Below, in pieces: positions 45,638 through 57,459 of a DNA stretch of 64,000 nucleotides. The stretch lies in NCBI GenBank assembly GCA_965198115.1, contig OZ240241.1:7680001-7744000 (forward strand), read 5' to 3'. Below the pieces are notes generated by a model that made no database searches, was not told the DNA's origin, and was given only the letters and a program-made list of their open reading frames with translations. Every line of letters starts with the position of its first letter. Position 1 is the stretch's first letter. Source of the DNA: Candidatus Latescibacterota bacterium. GTDB lineage: Bacteria > Latescibacterota > UBA2968. The translations under genes and the position numbers were made by a program.

Positions 45638-48600
45638 TCACCGTGGTACCACCAACAACATGGCGTCGAGGAGACGCTTTTCCTGGCTACCGCGCGGATA
45701 CAGGGCGGACAGCGCATTGGCAAGCCGCAGAAACTCCGGACCGCGATCCTGTTCGGCGCCGATCAGCGCCCGTAGCGCGTTGGCGTGGCCGCTGGCCTGC
45801 AGAAGCATGGCTGCATGCACCCGGTCCAGCGCCGTAGCGTCAATGGCCTGAAGTTCGGCATCGCCGTCGAGGATGGTCTTCGTGCCGCGGCGACGGCTCC
45901 GTATCTTGGGCGCGGCTTCAAATTCGGGGAAGAGCGTCGCCTGCACGCTCGCGCCCGGGTCGCTCTCGATCCAATCCGCGGCGGCACCGGCACCATCTTC
46001 ACCGAACAGATCGCTGGCGCGCTCCGCTACCGGCAGCAAGCGCACTGCGCCCTTTTCCTGTCCGATAATGCGGCCGGTCCAGACATCGAGGTCGATGCCC
46101 ATGGGTTGCGCGAAGCGGCGCACGACGTCGAAGGGCAGGCTGAATCCCTTGGCGGCTATCTTGGCGACCTCTTCCTCGTCCTCCTCTTCCTTCTTGCCGT
46201 TCTCCAAGGAGGTTTCCGTGCTCTGGAGGGTCCAGAGGAACAGCGCAGTCAGGCGGGCGTCCTCCTCTAGCGCACCGGCCATGCCGTTGTGGGTCTGGGC
46301 TTCGGCGGTACCGAGGACGGTTTCGAGCGCCGCGCGGCCGACCACTTCCCAGACCTTCTCCAGATACTCGGGCAGCCCGACCTCGCGGCCCTCGGCCGTC
46401 TCGACCACGCGGTAGCGGCTGAAAATTTCGAGCGCCGGCCCGATGCAGGCGAAGACCAAGTTCCGCGCCTCGGATGCCTTCGCCCTGGAGCCGTTCCATC
46501 CAGTGACTAACGCGCCTGGGGAGTTCACGCAGGACATCCGCCCAGTCGCCGACAGGGGCGTCCTCGGCTCGCGGGCGACAGATCAGGTGAACGCTGGTGG
46601 CGAGCGCGGCAGAATCCTGCGAACGTGGACGCCCTGGTCTTTCCGTGGCAATGGGCCACGATCCGGTGATGGTCCAGCCACCCCGGACAATCCCAGAGAG
46701 CAGCGCTTCCCATCCTTCGGTGGTCTTGTGCGCGAAGACGACCGAACCAATTCCATCTTCGTGCAGCACCCGCCGACCTTCTGCGAATGCGCGAGCCATC
46801 ATCTCCTCAAACCACTTGCGATCCTTGGGCCGACCTTCGACCTGCTTGGTCTCGTCCTGCACCGCCTCGGCCGTCTTGGGCGAGAGCGGATTTCCTGGAT
46901 CGAACGGGTCACGCAACAACGGGTGGTCGGGCAGCGCGCGCTTGAGCCAGACCAGAAAGAAATCGGAAAGATCGGAGTAGGGAATGGCGTCGTAGTAAGG
47001 CGGATCCGTGAACCAGGCACCGGCGGTTTGGTCGGGAAGTGGGTGGGCAGTCGCGTCGGAATGCTGCAGTGAACCAGTACTTCCTCGTAAGTGTCCCCAA
47101 GTTTCGAGGACACTGCCTACCCAGCCAATCGAGCTTTCGAAACACCACGATGCCTTGTCAAAAGGGTTAGGGTTCGCGAATAAATAAACGGTCGATCTCA
47201 ATGTTGAGCCATTGGCCGGATCGTGTAGTTCCAGTCGCCGTGGAAATCGTGCGGAGTGAGATCGATTTGGGTCATCTGTTCATCGGTCACCTTGACCCCG
47301 TTAGGGTAGGGTCGCTTGTCGATCTCGGAGCGTACTCGGAGACCGGCTTGAGTGGTCGTTCCGGCAATGAGATTCACGGTTGCAGCCAGGCTGACCAGGG
47401 GCTTGCCTCGCCAGTTCATAGCGATGAAGGAGAACAGGCGATGTTCGATCTTGTTCCACTTACTAGTGCCAGGAGGGTAGTGGCATACGGTGATCGTCAG
47501 GCCAGTGCGATTCGCAAAGCGCTGCAGCTCCCACTTCCACAGCCGCGTCTTGGCGCCGTTGCTGCCGCCTGCGTCCGCCGTGATTAGCAGATGCGTCGAA
47601 GTGCCGTAGGCGGGCCGTCCCATGTTCTTCCACCAACTTCGGATCGCATTCACGGCGAAGCTGGCCGTGTCGTGATCGATACCGACACTTACCCAGCCTT
47701 CATCACGGCTCAGATCATACACTCCATAAGGGATCGCCTTGCCCTGAGCAGGCACTATGAAATCGTGTACCTTCACACGCTCCGGGTCTCCCTTGGGTCG
47801 CCATTCTCGGCCAGGATTCTTGAAGTCGCCGATCAACTCTTTCTTCTTGGTGTCCACCGAGATAACGGGAAGGCCCTGCTGCTGCTGCTGGCTAATCCGA
47901 TCATCGAGGTAAACGAACTGAGCGTCCCGATCCGGGTGTGCAGATCCCTCCCTTGTCTTCCGATTCGCCTGCAGCGTGTAATCGTGTTCGTGCAGGAGAT
48001 TGGCAACGATCCTGGGGCTCACCGAATGCCCCATCGCTTGCAACTCGGCGGCCAGTTTGCGAGTGCTCTTCGATGTCCATCTCAGAGGATTGTCGTCAGG
48101 CGACCCCGCAGTCGTTGGCTCGACCAGATCATTCAGGTCCTGCCACAGCGTCGGGTCCGTGTCGGCCTTCCGCTTACGACCGCCGCCTGGACGCCGGATG
48201 CGAGCCGGGTCCAAAGGTTCGTCCGACCTCAACTCCTGAATGCCACGAAAGATCCGCTCTCTGGACATTCCTGTCGCCAGAGCCACAATCGCGATCCCAC
48301 CGTGACCCAACGCTTCGGCTTCCGTGGCGGCCCTCAGACGACGCGTGCGTTCCGTCAGCACCGGAGCCAAGGCTTCATACTTCGTTCGGAGAGTTTCGAC
48401 GTCCACACTCCGAGCGTAAGATCATTACCTTGAAAAGTGCAGCACTTATTTCGTGGCAAACCCTTAGTTTCGCAGAAATCCCATTTGATGGGCAACGCCT
48501 GAAGCGTGAACGTCGCAGCGGGTGTCTCTCGATCCATCCAACGTACCAGTGACGAAAAGTCATCTGCAAATCTCGAAAGGGACAAGGCCAGGAAGGGTTG

Positions 48601-49886
48601 CAACGCTTCCGTAGAAGACTCTTCGACGAACCGCCCCAACTCCACCAACGCCACCTTCTGCCGCGCCGTGAACAGGTTACCCCACTGCAGCATGCCGTAA
48701 CGCTGCACGCGAAAGCCCAGTGTCCCAATTGGCGGCAACGGCTCATCCGGCACTGGGCAAAGCCCCTGCTTCCCGCCACGCTCCCACTCGCCGAGGATTT
48801 CGACGAGGCGCGACTGCGCTTTGCGCACCGCCTCATGGTCCGCTTCGGTGGGCAACCGATAGTGCCGCCCGATCTGTCCTGGCCGAAGCGTCACGACCGC
48901 CGTCATCCGAGCGCCGCCTGTCCGGTGGTCCTCCTCATCGAAGACAACGTCCGCCCCGCCTCTTTGCGCCGCGAGGTGCGCCCGCACTCGTTCCGGTGGC
49001 AGCACCGCGCCACAGCAAAGGCATGTCGCCTTGGCGCGGGTCACGGTTCCACCATGTACTTCCTTGTCCACCTTGGGTTCGAACACCTCGAACTCGACAT
49101 GCGGAGGCGATCCATCGGGCCGCTCGACCCGGTGCCGCAACGCCCACTTCCGTTTCGTCTTCTTGCACAGCCAGAACGAACGCATCAGTGGAATCTCGGC
49201 GCCGCAGTTGGGTGCCTCGCAGCGCACCGTGCGCGCCCAAAGATAGGCGATTGGCGTTGCACTGTCGGGGCCCTTCGGGTAGAGATCGGCCAACTCCCGT
49301 TCGGCGTGCCGCTTGATCTTGCCGCCGACCTTGCGCAGTTCTTCGGCCAGCTCTGGTCCGTGGCGCGGGATGTCCTCCAGCATCACCTTGAGGATTAGGC
49401 AGGCCACTGGGTTGAGATCGCTGGCGAACGCCTCGCAACCGAGCCGCAGTGCCTCCAGCGGGATTGAGCCCCCGCCCGCGAAAGGGTCCACGACCAGGGG
49501 CGGCTCCTCGCCGTGCGCAGCCTTGACCAGGGCGCGGCCCACGTCGAGATAGGTGGGGTTCGCAGCATTGTCCCAGTTGGCGAAGTCGGCGATGAACTTG
49601 AGTATTTTCGCCCTTAGATCCTCGTCCGTCCGACCGACCCAACGACAGGCGGCAAAAGGTCGCGCGCCTTGCCCTTGAACGCCTCAGGGCAGTGCTCGTC
49701 GCACGGGTCCGGCAACAGCAGCGCCATCAGCACCGCCCGCGACGAGGCCAAGGGCCGCCGCGCCCACCACACGTGGAGGGTCGAGGGATGCCCGTGCCGG
49801 ATCGACTTCTCCCGCACCGCGTGCTTCGAGACTTCGGCAATGGGAAAGTCCACCTCGGCGAGGCGCTTGCATTCTTTAGGGATCAT
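45638..49886 (-). pseudogene. DUF1156 adenine DNA methyltransferase interrupted by ISAzo13 (plus frameshifts near 49615 and 46460)
   Basis: [22 protein letters not shown] (motif I), TDPPYYD (motif IV), Zn ribbons; WDFCET|NPF restored across TSD. Confidence 0.9.
47170..48463 (-). mobile_element. ISAzo13-family element, intact (CDS 47198..48406)
   Basis: TSD TTA; near identical to 22849..24143. Confidence 0.95.
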
Positions 49887-50512
49887 AGCTGGCCAGTCTT
49901 CCTGCCTGCTGTCTTGACGAGCCACTGCAGACAATTGATCGCGCGTTGAAGACTTTCGGCGCGCCTAGCGGCCACTACGGGCTGCCAGTGTTCCTGGACG
50001 TACTCGATGAGTCTCGACGGGTATGCCGGGCCTACGCGCCGCCCGCTCTTCGCCCGCGGCACCATGTCCTTGCGGATACCCTTGAGTCGCGAGTCACGCG
50101 CCAAGTCGACCATCTTATCCTTGGGGTGCGCCAATTTTTCGGGTTCTGCGGGTATTTTGTCTCGTCTCACCCTCAGATAGCGTGCGAGCGTTTGAGCATC
50201 CGCCATCAACCAGGCCTCGACTTCGCGCACGGCGATTCGGAAGCAAAGATGAGACGCGGGCGCCGGCAACCATGCATCGCGTATCGGTGGGGCGCAATCG
50301 GCATCGTTATCGAGATCGATGAGCACCACCCACGGTGCATAGCGAGCCGCATTGTTATAGCCGTCGATCTTCTTACGCAACGCGGGCTTGCCGTTTTTTC
50401 CGTACACGTCACCGGTTTGTCCGCCCGCGTGGGCGATGAGCCTTCGTACAACCGCTTCGTCGATGTCACCTTCGACCGCTGCGGAGATGATGGTAGACAG
50501 AGGCACGTTCAC
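49883..50512 (-). CDS. TOPRIM-like protein (DUF4276-like)
   Basis: [30 protein letters not shown]. Confidence 0.7.
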   Translation of the reverse strand: MNVPLSTIISAAVEGDIDEAVVRRLIAHAGGQTGDVYGKNGKPALRKKIDGYNNAARYAPWVVLIDLDNDADCAPPIRDAWLPAPASHLCFRIAVREVEAWLMADAQTLARYLRVRRDKIPAEPEKLAHPKDKMVDLARDSRLKGIRKDMVPRAKSGRRVGPAYPSRLIEYVQEHWQPVVAARRAESLQRAINCLQWLVKTAGRKTGQL

Positions 50513-51687
50513 GAATCTCCGAACAAGGAGATTTGTGCCGCGTGCACAGGCCGGGTTTTCGGGATGACGGCATCGGCAAGCGAGAGACCGCCCTCCAGCA
50601 ATTTGCGGATGTCCGTGTGCAATACAGCCGGAGTTACGGCGACGCCTTCCGTTTTGGGAACGATGAGCAGCGTCTCGTCGAGCCCGATTCCCTCATCTCG
50701 CAGCAGGTCCGGTGAGTGGGTGCTCAGAAAGATCTGCCGACCGGTTCTCCGCTGAACCCTGGCCAGCAACTGGGGCAACGCGCGCACGATCTCCGGGTGG
50801 AGCGAGAGTTCCGGCTCTTCGAGTAGCAACGGCCCCTCTTTTTCCATGATCGCCCAGAGAAGCCCCATGAGCCGCAATGTCCCGTCCGAGAATTGCTCCT
50901 CCATCTGCCAAGCCCCCTGCGGGCGCCAGTGTTGGTACTTGCCCCGCAGGTGCGGCGTGCCGCGGGCGTCGCGCCATAGCTCAATCTCTTCGAGTTGGGG
51001 AACCGCGACCCGAAGAGCTTTCTGTATGCGCTTGAGCCGCGCATTGCGGGTCCGATCCTGGGTCTTTGTTACCTGCTCCAGAAAATCGCCACCGAAGGGA
51101 TCGTTCGTTCGACCGACCGAACGATCAGGCTCACGCACGAGCTGCGGCACGATGTGCAGATACCGGATAGATGTAAAGGACTCGACAAGGTCGCGAAACG
51201 GCTTGTTGACGCTTACTTGTTCAAGATAGGTCTGTGTCAAGCGCGCAGGATCGTTCCTGTCATCGTCGTTGGGCCGATCGACAAGCAGACTCTGATCGAG
51301 TATGACACGTTCTTTGCGGAGTAGTGGCCGACGCTGGTTGTCCTGGTAGAAGGCGATTTCATACTTCCATCGAGACCCTCCTCCTCCCTCCTGCAATTCG
51401 ATATGAATCTCGATATCCGGCTTACTGCGTGCAGCCAGGCACCGGATGGCGCTCACCCCACCGCGTCGCCGGACCGCCTCCTGAAAACCGCCGCCGGAAG
51501 AAGCCAAGTCATGCAAGAACCGAAAAACATCAAGGAAGTTGGATTTTCCCGATGCGTTGGGCCCTACGAGAAAGATACGATCCTCTATGGCGACGTCGAC
51601 ATCGACGAAGTTCTTCCAATTGCGTAGGCGTAGCCTCCGAATCTTCAGGTCGCTGCTCATGGGTTCACCTTTGTGATCATTCTTCAC
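50509..51687 (-). CDS. ABC-type ATPase (AAA_21 / RecF-SMC-OLD class)
   Basis: GPNASGKSN, FSDGTLR, LLLEEPELSLHP, STHS. Confidence 0.9.
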   Translation of the reverse strand: MKNDHKGEPMSSDLKIRRLRLRNWKNFVDVDVAIEDRIFLVGPNASGKSNFLDVFRFLHDLASSGGGFQEAVRRRGGVSAIRCLAARSKPDIEIHIELQEGGGGSRWKYEIAFYQDNQRRPLLRKERVILDQSLLVDRPNDDDRNDPARLTQTYLEQVSVNKPFRDLVESFTSIRYLHIVPQLVREPDRSVGRTNDPFGGDFLEQVTKTQDRTRNARLKRIQKALRVAVPQLEEIELWRDARGTPHLRGKYQHWRPQGAWQMEEQFSDGTLRLMGLLWAIMEKEGPLLLEEPELSLHPEIVRALPQLLARVQRRTGRQIFLSTHSPDLLRDEGIGLDETLLIVPKTEGVAVTPAVLHTDIRKLLEGGLSLADAVIPKTRPVHAAQISLFGDS

Positions 51688-51798
51688 ATTCGTATCTTGG
51701 CGGAGCCTTCCTCACTTGCATCGGCTCGGTCTTCTGCTGACCGCCGAAGGCGGATTCGTACCGGGCATCAAGCCAGCCGGTTTTGACTCTCGGCTTCC

Positions 51799-54700
51799 TC
51801 ATGGCCTGCCCTTGCCGCCGTAGGGCTCTTCGTCTTCCCGAACCTTCATCGGCTGCTTCAGGGCATCAACGCTCAGATAGTAGTGGGCGACCTTGGTGAC
51901 CTCGCGCCAAGGGAACCGGGCGGGATCTCTGATCGGCTCCTGGAGTTCCGGGGCGCTCGCGCAGTGGGTCACCACGTAGAGCCAGTAGCAGTCGGGACGA
52001 TCCTCGGCGACGCGGCGCTCGTTCGGCGTGAGCAGGATGCTTCCGGTAGCCGCGGCGAGCCCCTTCACCTCGATCAAGCGTAACTCACCGGATTGGAGAT
52101 CGAGACTGGTCACATCGTAGCCGAGATTCTTTTCATGGACGTCACAGACTTGGCGCCGCTGGGCGGTCTCGTATTCCATGACCACCCGCATGGCCGTCAT
52201 TTCGGTTTCGGGGTGCGGGCGCAGGCGCCGGACATCCAGAGTGCTGCGTTCGGGGTGGGGCAAGACGAACACGCTTGCCAGCCGCTCGACTCCCTGCAGG
52301 GTCACCGCCTGTTGCCGCTTGAGTTCCTCGCGCCGGCGCTCCCGCCTTGCCAGCACTTCTGCATGGCGGGTTTCGGCCTGTGCGAGGCGTCCCTCTGCGC
52401 CAGTAACCTCATTGGCTACTTCATCGGCGGCGCGGCCGATCTCCTCGTCGATTCGTTGGAGAACCTCAGTTAAGGAGAGCTCAACGTGCTCGCCGATGCG
52501 CTCCACCTCGGCCAGGCGTTCCGCACGGACTTCGTCGATGAAGGGCACCAGGGCGTTCTCGTTGAGGGCGGTCGCCTCCGGAAGGGTGGCTACGGGCGGC
52601 AGATCATCAGACACGGCGGCGGGACTCATATCGCCGAGGACATCCGGCTCGCGGAGGCGCGGGGAACCATCGTTGGTCAGCTCCACGGTGAACAACCGTT
52701 CGTGGATGACTTGGCCGAGACCATCCACGACTCGCGCCCGGTAGAAGTCGAGCCGCGCCGGAGCTTCGTGCGCCAGCGAATGGAAGCAGGCGCCCCGTGC
52801 GAAGGCATCCTGACCGAGATCGAAGCTGTGCCGGCGCAGGGCCTCGAACAGCGGATGCCCGGGCGTCACCCATTCGAGGTTGTTCTCCTCGGCCGTATCA
52901 CGGTCCGTCGACAGGCGCGGATAGCGGATCGCCAGTTCCGCGAGTTTCCAGTTCGGCTCTCGCTCGTACTTCTTCAGGCTGGACGGAGTCCGGCCCGGTT
53001 GAAACGTGTGAGCCGGAGTGCTCACCGGCTTCAGGGCGAAAGCGGCATCTTGGGCGGACTCCTTGATGAATCGCGCAATGGTCTCGGGAACAACGCGTCG
53101 CTCCTGCGCCCGAGCACGGCGCTCGATGAGCATGTCGAGGTTGAGCTTCTTGGCGGCCAACCCTTCCAGCGCCGTCTGACAGATGGCTCGGAAGTGCCCC
53201 TCATCCACGTCCTTCAGCAGCCGCTCCTCAAGATCAGCGTCACCCAGCTTGCCCGCGTAGTAGTCCCGCAGCACGCGCTCCACATGCGCGGAGGGCAAGA
53301 CTTCACCCACGACGTTGAACACCGCGTCGTCATTGAGGGCATCGCGGATTTCCTGGAGCTTGTCCAAGAGGCGCTGGAGCACCCGGCCCTCGATGGTGTT
53401 GGTGGCAACAAAGTTGAAGATCAGGCAATCGTGCCGCTGTCCGTAGCGGTGGATGCGGCCCATGCGCTGTTCGAGCCGGTTCGGGTTCCAGGGAATGTCG
53501 TAGTTGAAAAGGATGTGACAACACTGCAGATTGATACCTTCGCCCGCGGCTTCAGTGGCTACCAGAACCTGAATGGCGCCTTCGCGGAACTGCTGTTCGG
53601 TGTAAAGCCGACTCCCTGGTTCGTCGCGTGAGCCGGGTTTCATACCGCCGTGGATGCACCCGACGCTGAAGCCCCAGGCTTTCAACTGATCCATCAAGTG
53701 ATCGAGGGTGTCTTTGAACTCTGTGAAGAGCAGCAGACGCTGGTCGGGACGGTCGAAGAATCCCTCGTCCTGCATGATCTCCCGAAGATGTCCGAGTTTC
53801 GCCTCGCTGCCCGAACCCTCGACGGTCTTCGCCTCTTCGGCCAGCTCCAGGAGCTCGGCCACCTCTTCACGCACCTGCTCGGCGTTGCCGGCCAGCGTGA
53901 TTGCCTCCAGTATTCGCTCCAGGCGCTCGCGCTCGGCGTCCTCAAACTCCTCAAGCTCTTCCAGGTCGGGAAGATCCGGCGGCGCCATCCGTACCAACTC
54001 CTGCGCGCGCTTGAGACCCTCCTCCAGTCGCCTTGCTCGATTCTCAAGCGACCGCCGCATGGCGTAGGTGCTCGAGGCTAAGCGCCTCTGGTACAGCGAC
54101 ATCAAGAAGCCGACCGCCCGAGCCCGCGGATCGTCGCCCTCCGCCGCGGCACGCGCGCTCTGACGCTTCACGAAGCGCGTGATCTTCTGGTAGAGATCAA
54201 ACTCGGGACCATCGATGGCAAAGTCGGCGGTGCGCGTGATGCGGTTGGTGAAGACCGGCTTCGCTCTCCACGCTCCGTCCGGTTCACGTTCCGGGAAATA
54301 GACCATCGCTTCCTTGGTGCGACGTAGGTAGAAGGGTGCTCGCCTTCGGTTCATGGCCTCATGGATCGATCTCACATCGGCGTAGGCGTCCCGGTCGAGC
54401 AGTTGCAGGAAGAGTGTGAAGTTCTGCGGGTCGCCCTTGTGTGGCGTGGCGGTTAACAGCAGCACGTGATCGGCGCTGTCGCGCAGCAATTCCCCGAGCC
54501 TGTAGCGCTGGCTCTTGTGGGTTTCATCACGTGCGGACATACGGTGCGCCTCGTCGACGATCACCATGTCCCAGTGCACCTGCCGTAGTCCGGGCAAGAT
54601 CTCGGTACGCTTGGCGAGATCAAGCGAGGTAATGATCTGCTTCTGCTCCATCCACTGGTTGACGCCGAATTGATCGCGGATGTCGCTGCCCTTAAGCACC

Positions 54701-55260
54701 AGGAATTTCTCGTCGAACTTCTCCTTCAGTTCCCGCTGCCACTGAAACGACAGGTTGGCGGGACAGACGACGAGAACCCGCTCAATAAGACCCCGCAGCT
54801 TGAGCTCGCGGACCAAGAGGCCAGCCATGATGGTCTTGCCGGCACCCGCATCGTCAGCGAGCAGGAAGCGCACGCTGGGAAGCTTGAGGAGGTGCTCGTA
54901 GACCGCTTCGAGTTGGTGCGGTAGCGGGTCCACGCGCGAGATGGAAAGCCCGAAATAGGGATCGAACTCGTAGGCGATGCCGAGCGAATAGGCTTGGAGG
55001 GCGATCCGCAAAAGCCGCCCATCGCCGTCGTAGGAGAGAGCAGAGTCGGCAATGGTCAGGTTCGAGATGTCATCTGAGGTAAGCGTGACCCGGCGGAACC
55101 GCTCTGAGCGCTGACCAACGAGGCCTGCCACCCAGACGTCGGGACCGTTGGCGCGAACGGTTTCCACCTGCATGGGCTCGCTGAACAGCGGTCCGGTGAG
55201 GATCTGTCCTTCGCGGATGGGCACTTCAGCACTCAACGGCGACTCCCTGCTCTCAGCCAT
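51799..55260 (-). CDS. SNF2-family helicase with C-terminal DUF3883-like nuclease domain
   Basis: LADDAGAGKT, DEAH, TATPH, QRMGRIHRYG; GYDVTS..IEVKG..LTPNE. Confidence 0.92.
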   Translation of the reverse strand: MAESRESPLSAEVPIREGQILTGPLFSEPMQVETVRANGPDVWVAGLVGQRSERFRRVTLTSDDISNLTIADSALSYDGDGRLLRIALQAYSLGIAYEFDPYFGLSISRVDPLPHQLEAVYEHLLKLPSVRFLLADDAGAGKTIMAGLLVRELKLRGLIERVLVVCPANLSFQWQRELKEKFDEKFLVLKGSDIRDQFGVNQWMEQKQIITSLDLAKRTEILPGLRQVHWDMVIVDEAHRMSARDETHKSQRYRLGELLRDSADHVLLLTATPHKGDPQNFTLFLQLLDRDAYADVRSIHEAMNRRRAPFYLRRTKEAMVYFPEREPDGAWRAKPVFTNRITRTADFAIDGPEFDLYQKITRFVKRQSARAAAEGDDPRARAVGFLMSLYQRRLASSTYAMRRSLENRARRLEEGLKRAQELVRMAPPDLPDLEELEEFEDAERERLERILEAITLAGNAEQVREEVAELLELAEEAKTVEGSGSEAKLGHLREIMQDEGFFDRPDQRLLLFTEFKDTLDHLMDQLKAWGFSVGCIHGGMKPGSRDEPGSRLYTEQQFREGAIQVLVATEAAGEGINLQCCHILFNYDIPWNPNRLEQRMGRIHRYGQRHDCLIFNFVATNTIEGRVLQRLLDKLQEIRDALNDDAVFNVVGEVLPSAHVERVLRDYYAGKLGDADLEERLLKDVDEGHFRAICQTALEGLAAKKLNLDMLIERRARAQERRVVPETIARFIKESAQDAAFALKPVSTPAHTFQPGRTPSSLKKYEREPNWKLAELAIRYPRLSTDRDTAEENNLEWVTPGHPLFEALRRHSFDLGQDAFARGACFHSLAHEAPARLDFYRARVVDGLGQVIHERLFTVELTNDGSPRLREPDVLGDMSPAAVSDDLPPVATLPEATALNENALVPFIDEVRAERLAEVERIGEHVELSLTEVLQRIDEEIGRAADEVANEVTGAEGRLAQAETRHAEVLARRERRREELKRQQAVTLQGVERLASVFVLPHPERSTLDVRRLRPHPETEMTAMRVVMEYETAQRRQVCDVHEKNLGYDVTSLDLQSGELRLIEVKGLAAATGSILLTPNERRVAEDRPDCYWLYVVTHCASAPELQEPIRDPARFPWREVTKVAHYYLSVDALKQPMKVREDEEPYGGKGRP

Positions 55261-55379
55261 GTCTTTGGGTCCCTCGCTTTGTCTTCATGAGTTACCCCAA
55301 ACCTTGGGCTTACTATACCAGCCCTCGGGCCACACTACAATACATGACTCCGCAGATGCCATGAAGGGCCGGTTGTGGA

Positions 55380-55529
55380 TCATTTCTTCGATTTCTTCTT
55401 GGCCTTCTCGTCGTCTGGCGGTGGCGTATTGAGGGCCGCTTTCAGGGCTTCCTCGGGGTCCACGCCGTAGAGAGATAGCCGCTTACTGGTCTTTTCTTTT
55501 TCACGGTTTCTGTCCGGGAGGCAAGTCAA
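55380..55529 (-). CDS. ~49-aa peptide (..KRLSLYGVDPEEALKAALNTPPPDDEKAKKKSKK), homologue of 41944..42093
   Basis: Open frame TTG 55529 to TGA 55380; start uncertain. Confidence 0.5.
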   Translation of the reverse strand: MTCLPDRNREKEKTSKRLSLYGVDPEEALKAALNTPPPDDEKAKKKSKK

Positions 55530-55668
55530 GGCCAAGCTGAGACTGACTGGTGGGTTTTGTGACCTTCAGATTTCCAGCTACGAGGCTTCCGCTTAACGGT
55601 ATGAGGTCATCCTCATCGAAGGTGTGAAATTCAGTAGCTTGGTAGAGGATTGCGGTAGCAAGATGCAT
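55501..55668 (-). pseudogene. PIN-domain (VapC-like) C-terminal fragment
   Basis: HLATAILYQATEFHTFDEDDL matches PIN DxxHLATA..xxxTFD pattern. Confidence 0.6.
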
Positions 55669-55761
55669 ACTTGATCAGTTATTGGCCATCGTCGTGAGGA
55701 GCTGGACAGGATTCTGAGTTGGCTCGATAGAATATCTTGTTTTGTGGTAACTAACAAGTTA

Positions 55762-55873
55762 GGTCAAGTCCCATAGTCAGTTGAAACTCATCGGGCCCCG
55801 TAGTTTGGTCAGGCTCTCTTTTGAGCATTCTGTTCGTTGTCGAGATTCAGATCTTTGTTCAGTGCTTGCCTGA
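55762..55873 (-). mobile_element. IS256 type A terminal fragment
   Basis: Identical to ~12476-12587. Confidence 0.9.
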
Positions 55874-56750
55874 GTTCTGCTGCGGCAGTCGGCGGAGAAC
55901 GGCAAGTTCTTCAGACAGGCGTGTCTTCCGTCCTGCGTTCAGCTGCTCCAGCACCCGGCGGAGAAAGGTCGCGTAGGCTTCTCGATTCTCGAAGTCGCGG
56001 TGCCCACGGAGCATCAGGGTCTGATCGACGGCGCCGCGGAAACGAAAGTGCCGCTGCTCCACGTCGCCGTTCTCGTGAGGACTTGCTGGTGTCTTCCGGC
56101 CCTCGAGACCGTAGTGACGGAGGAGTGCCCCGTATCGCTGCGTGAAGTCCTCAGGATGGACGATCTTCTGGATCGCCGCGGAAAGACAGTCGGTCTGGTG
56201 TGCACGGGGCACGCCACCGAGCTCCCACAACGCGTTCTGAAGACCTTCCGAGAGCGCCTCGAAGCTCTCCGAAAAGCAGATCGTCGCGCTCTCCCAGTTC
56301 GAGTACGTCAGCACGAAATGGTAGACGAGATGCTCGAAGGGCTGGCCGCAGATCGTCACACCCAACGGGGAGAAGTCGGTGAAGTCGGACTGACTGAGAT
56401 CGCCGGGCTTGTGCACCTGCGGGAAGAACACTTCGCGAGAGGGTCCCTCCAGTCCACGCCAGGTCTTGACCCTGCGCTGCAGTGTCCGGAGCTGGCCGTC
56501 CTGGAACCGGCCCGGATAGGTCCGCTGGAGATGGATGAACAGCGTCTTAGCTTCCAGCCCGGGGTTCACTTCCAGATGTGCGCGAACCTCCGGCCAAACC
56601 TCGGTGAACGGGTCCGGACGGGTCCGCCAGGTGTGCTCGGCCTTCATGTTGCTGGGAAGACGACCCGACCTGCGATACTTGCGCGCTGTCTTCTCGTCCA
56701 TCCCGGTCTTGGCGACGGCGACAGCGAGTGTCTTTTCCTTCGGGTGGGAG
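55874..56750 (-). pseudogene. istA: IS21 IstA transposase fragment
   Basis: WRTRPDPF, LRTLQRRVK, QSDFT, HQTDCLS, ENGDVEQ. Confidence 0.88.
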
Positions 56751-56959
56751 TTCTAATTGTCGCTAATCAGTTCTTGCTGAAATTGGAGTCTAAAGCGTAT
56801 CGTACGGGATTCGTCTACGTATTTTTGACTATGAGAGATGAGCAATGCGGAGCAAGCTAGTTGCAAAAGATAATAGACCTTGATCTGAACCCACCGATCC
56901 GCACTTGGACTTATCACGCTTTCAGACTGTCGATATTGTCCAAGACGCTTCACTTTGAG

Positions 56960-57456
56960 CGAAGTCATCGATGATGAGCAAGGGCGCTTTGGCGAAGGTT
57001 TGGAAGCGGCGCTCGAAGGTGGCCGTAGCTCTTGCCGCGTGAAGCTGTCCCAGGAGTTTGGTTTGGGTGGTGAAGAGGACGTCGTAGCCGTTTCGGACGG
57101 CGATGTGTCCGAGTGCCTGTGCGATATGGCTCTTTCCGGTGCCACAGGGTCCGGCGATGAGGATGGCGACCTTTTCTTCCATAAAGCGGCAGGTGGCGAG
57201 GTCTTGGATCTGGTCCTGATTAATCCCGAGGTTGAAGTCGAAGCCTTCGATCGTCTTTTCGCCACGGAAGCCGGCCCGTCGCAGCCACCTGGTGAACTTC
57301 TTGTTCTCGCGTCGTGCGACCTCATCCTGGATGAGGAGCGCCAGGAACTCTGAGTAGGCGAGTTTTTTCTTGATCGCCTCCTGGTTTCTGTTGGGGAGGC
57401 TTTCGAGGATGCCGGAGAGGCGGAGGCGCTTGAGCATGGGTGCAAGTTCTGGCATG
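56960..57456 (-). pseudogene. istB: IS21 IstB ATPase, 3' truncated
   Basis: LKRLRLSG, FDF, GPCGTGKSH, LLIIDDF. Confidence 0.88.
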
Positions 57457-57459
57457 GGG

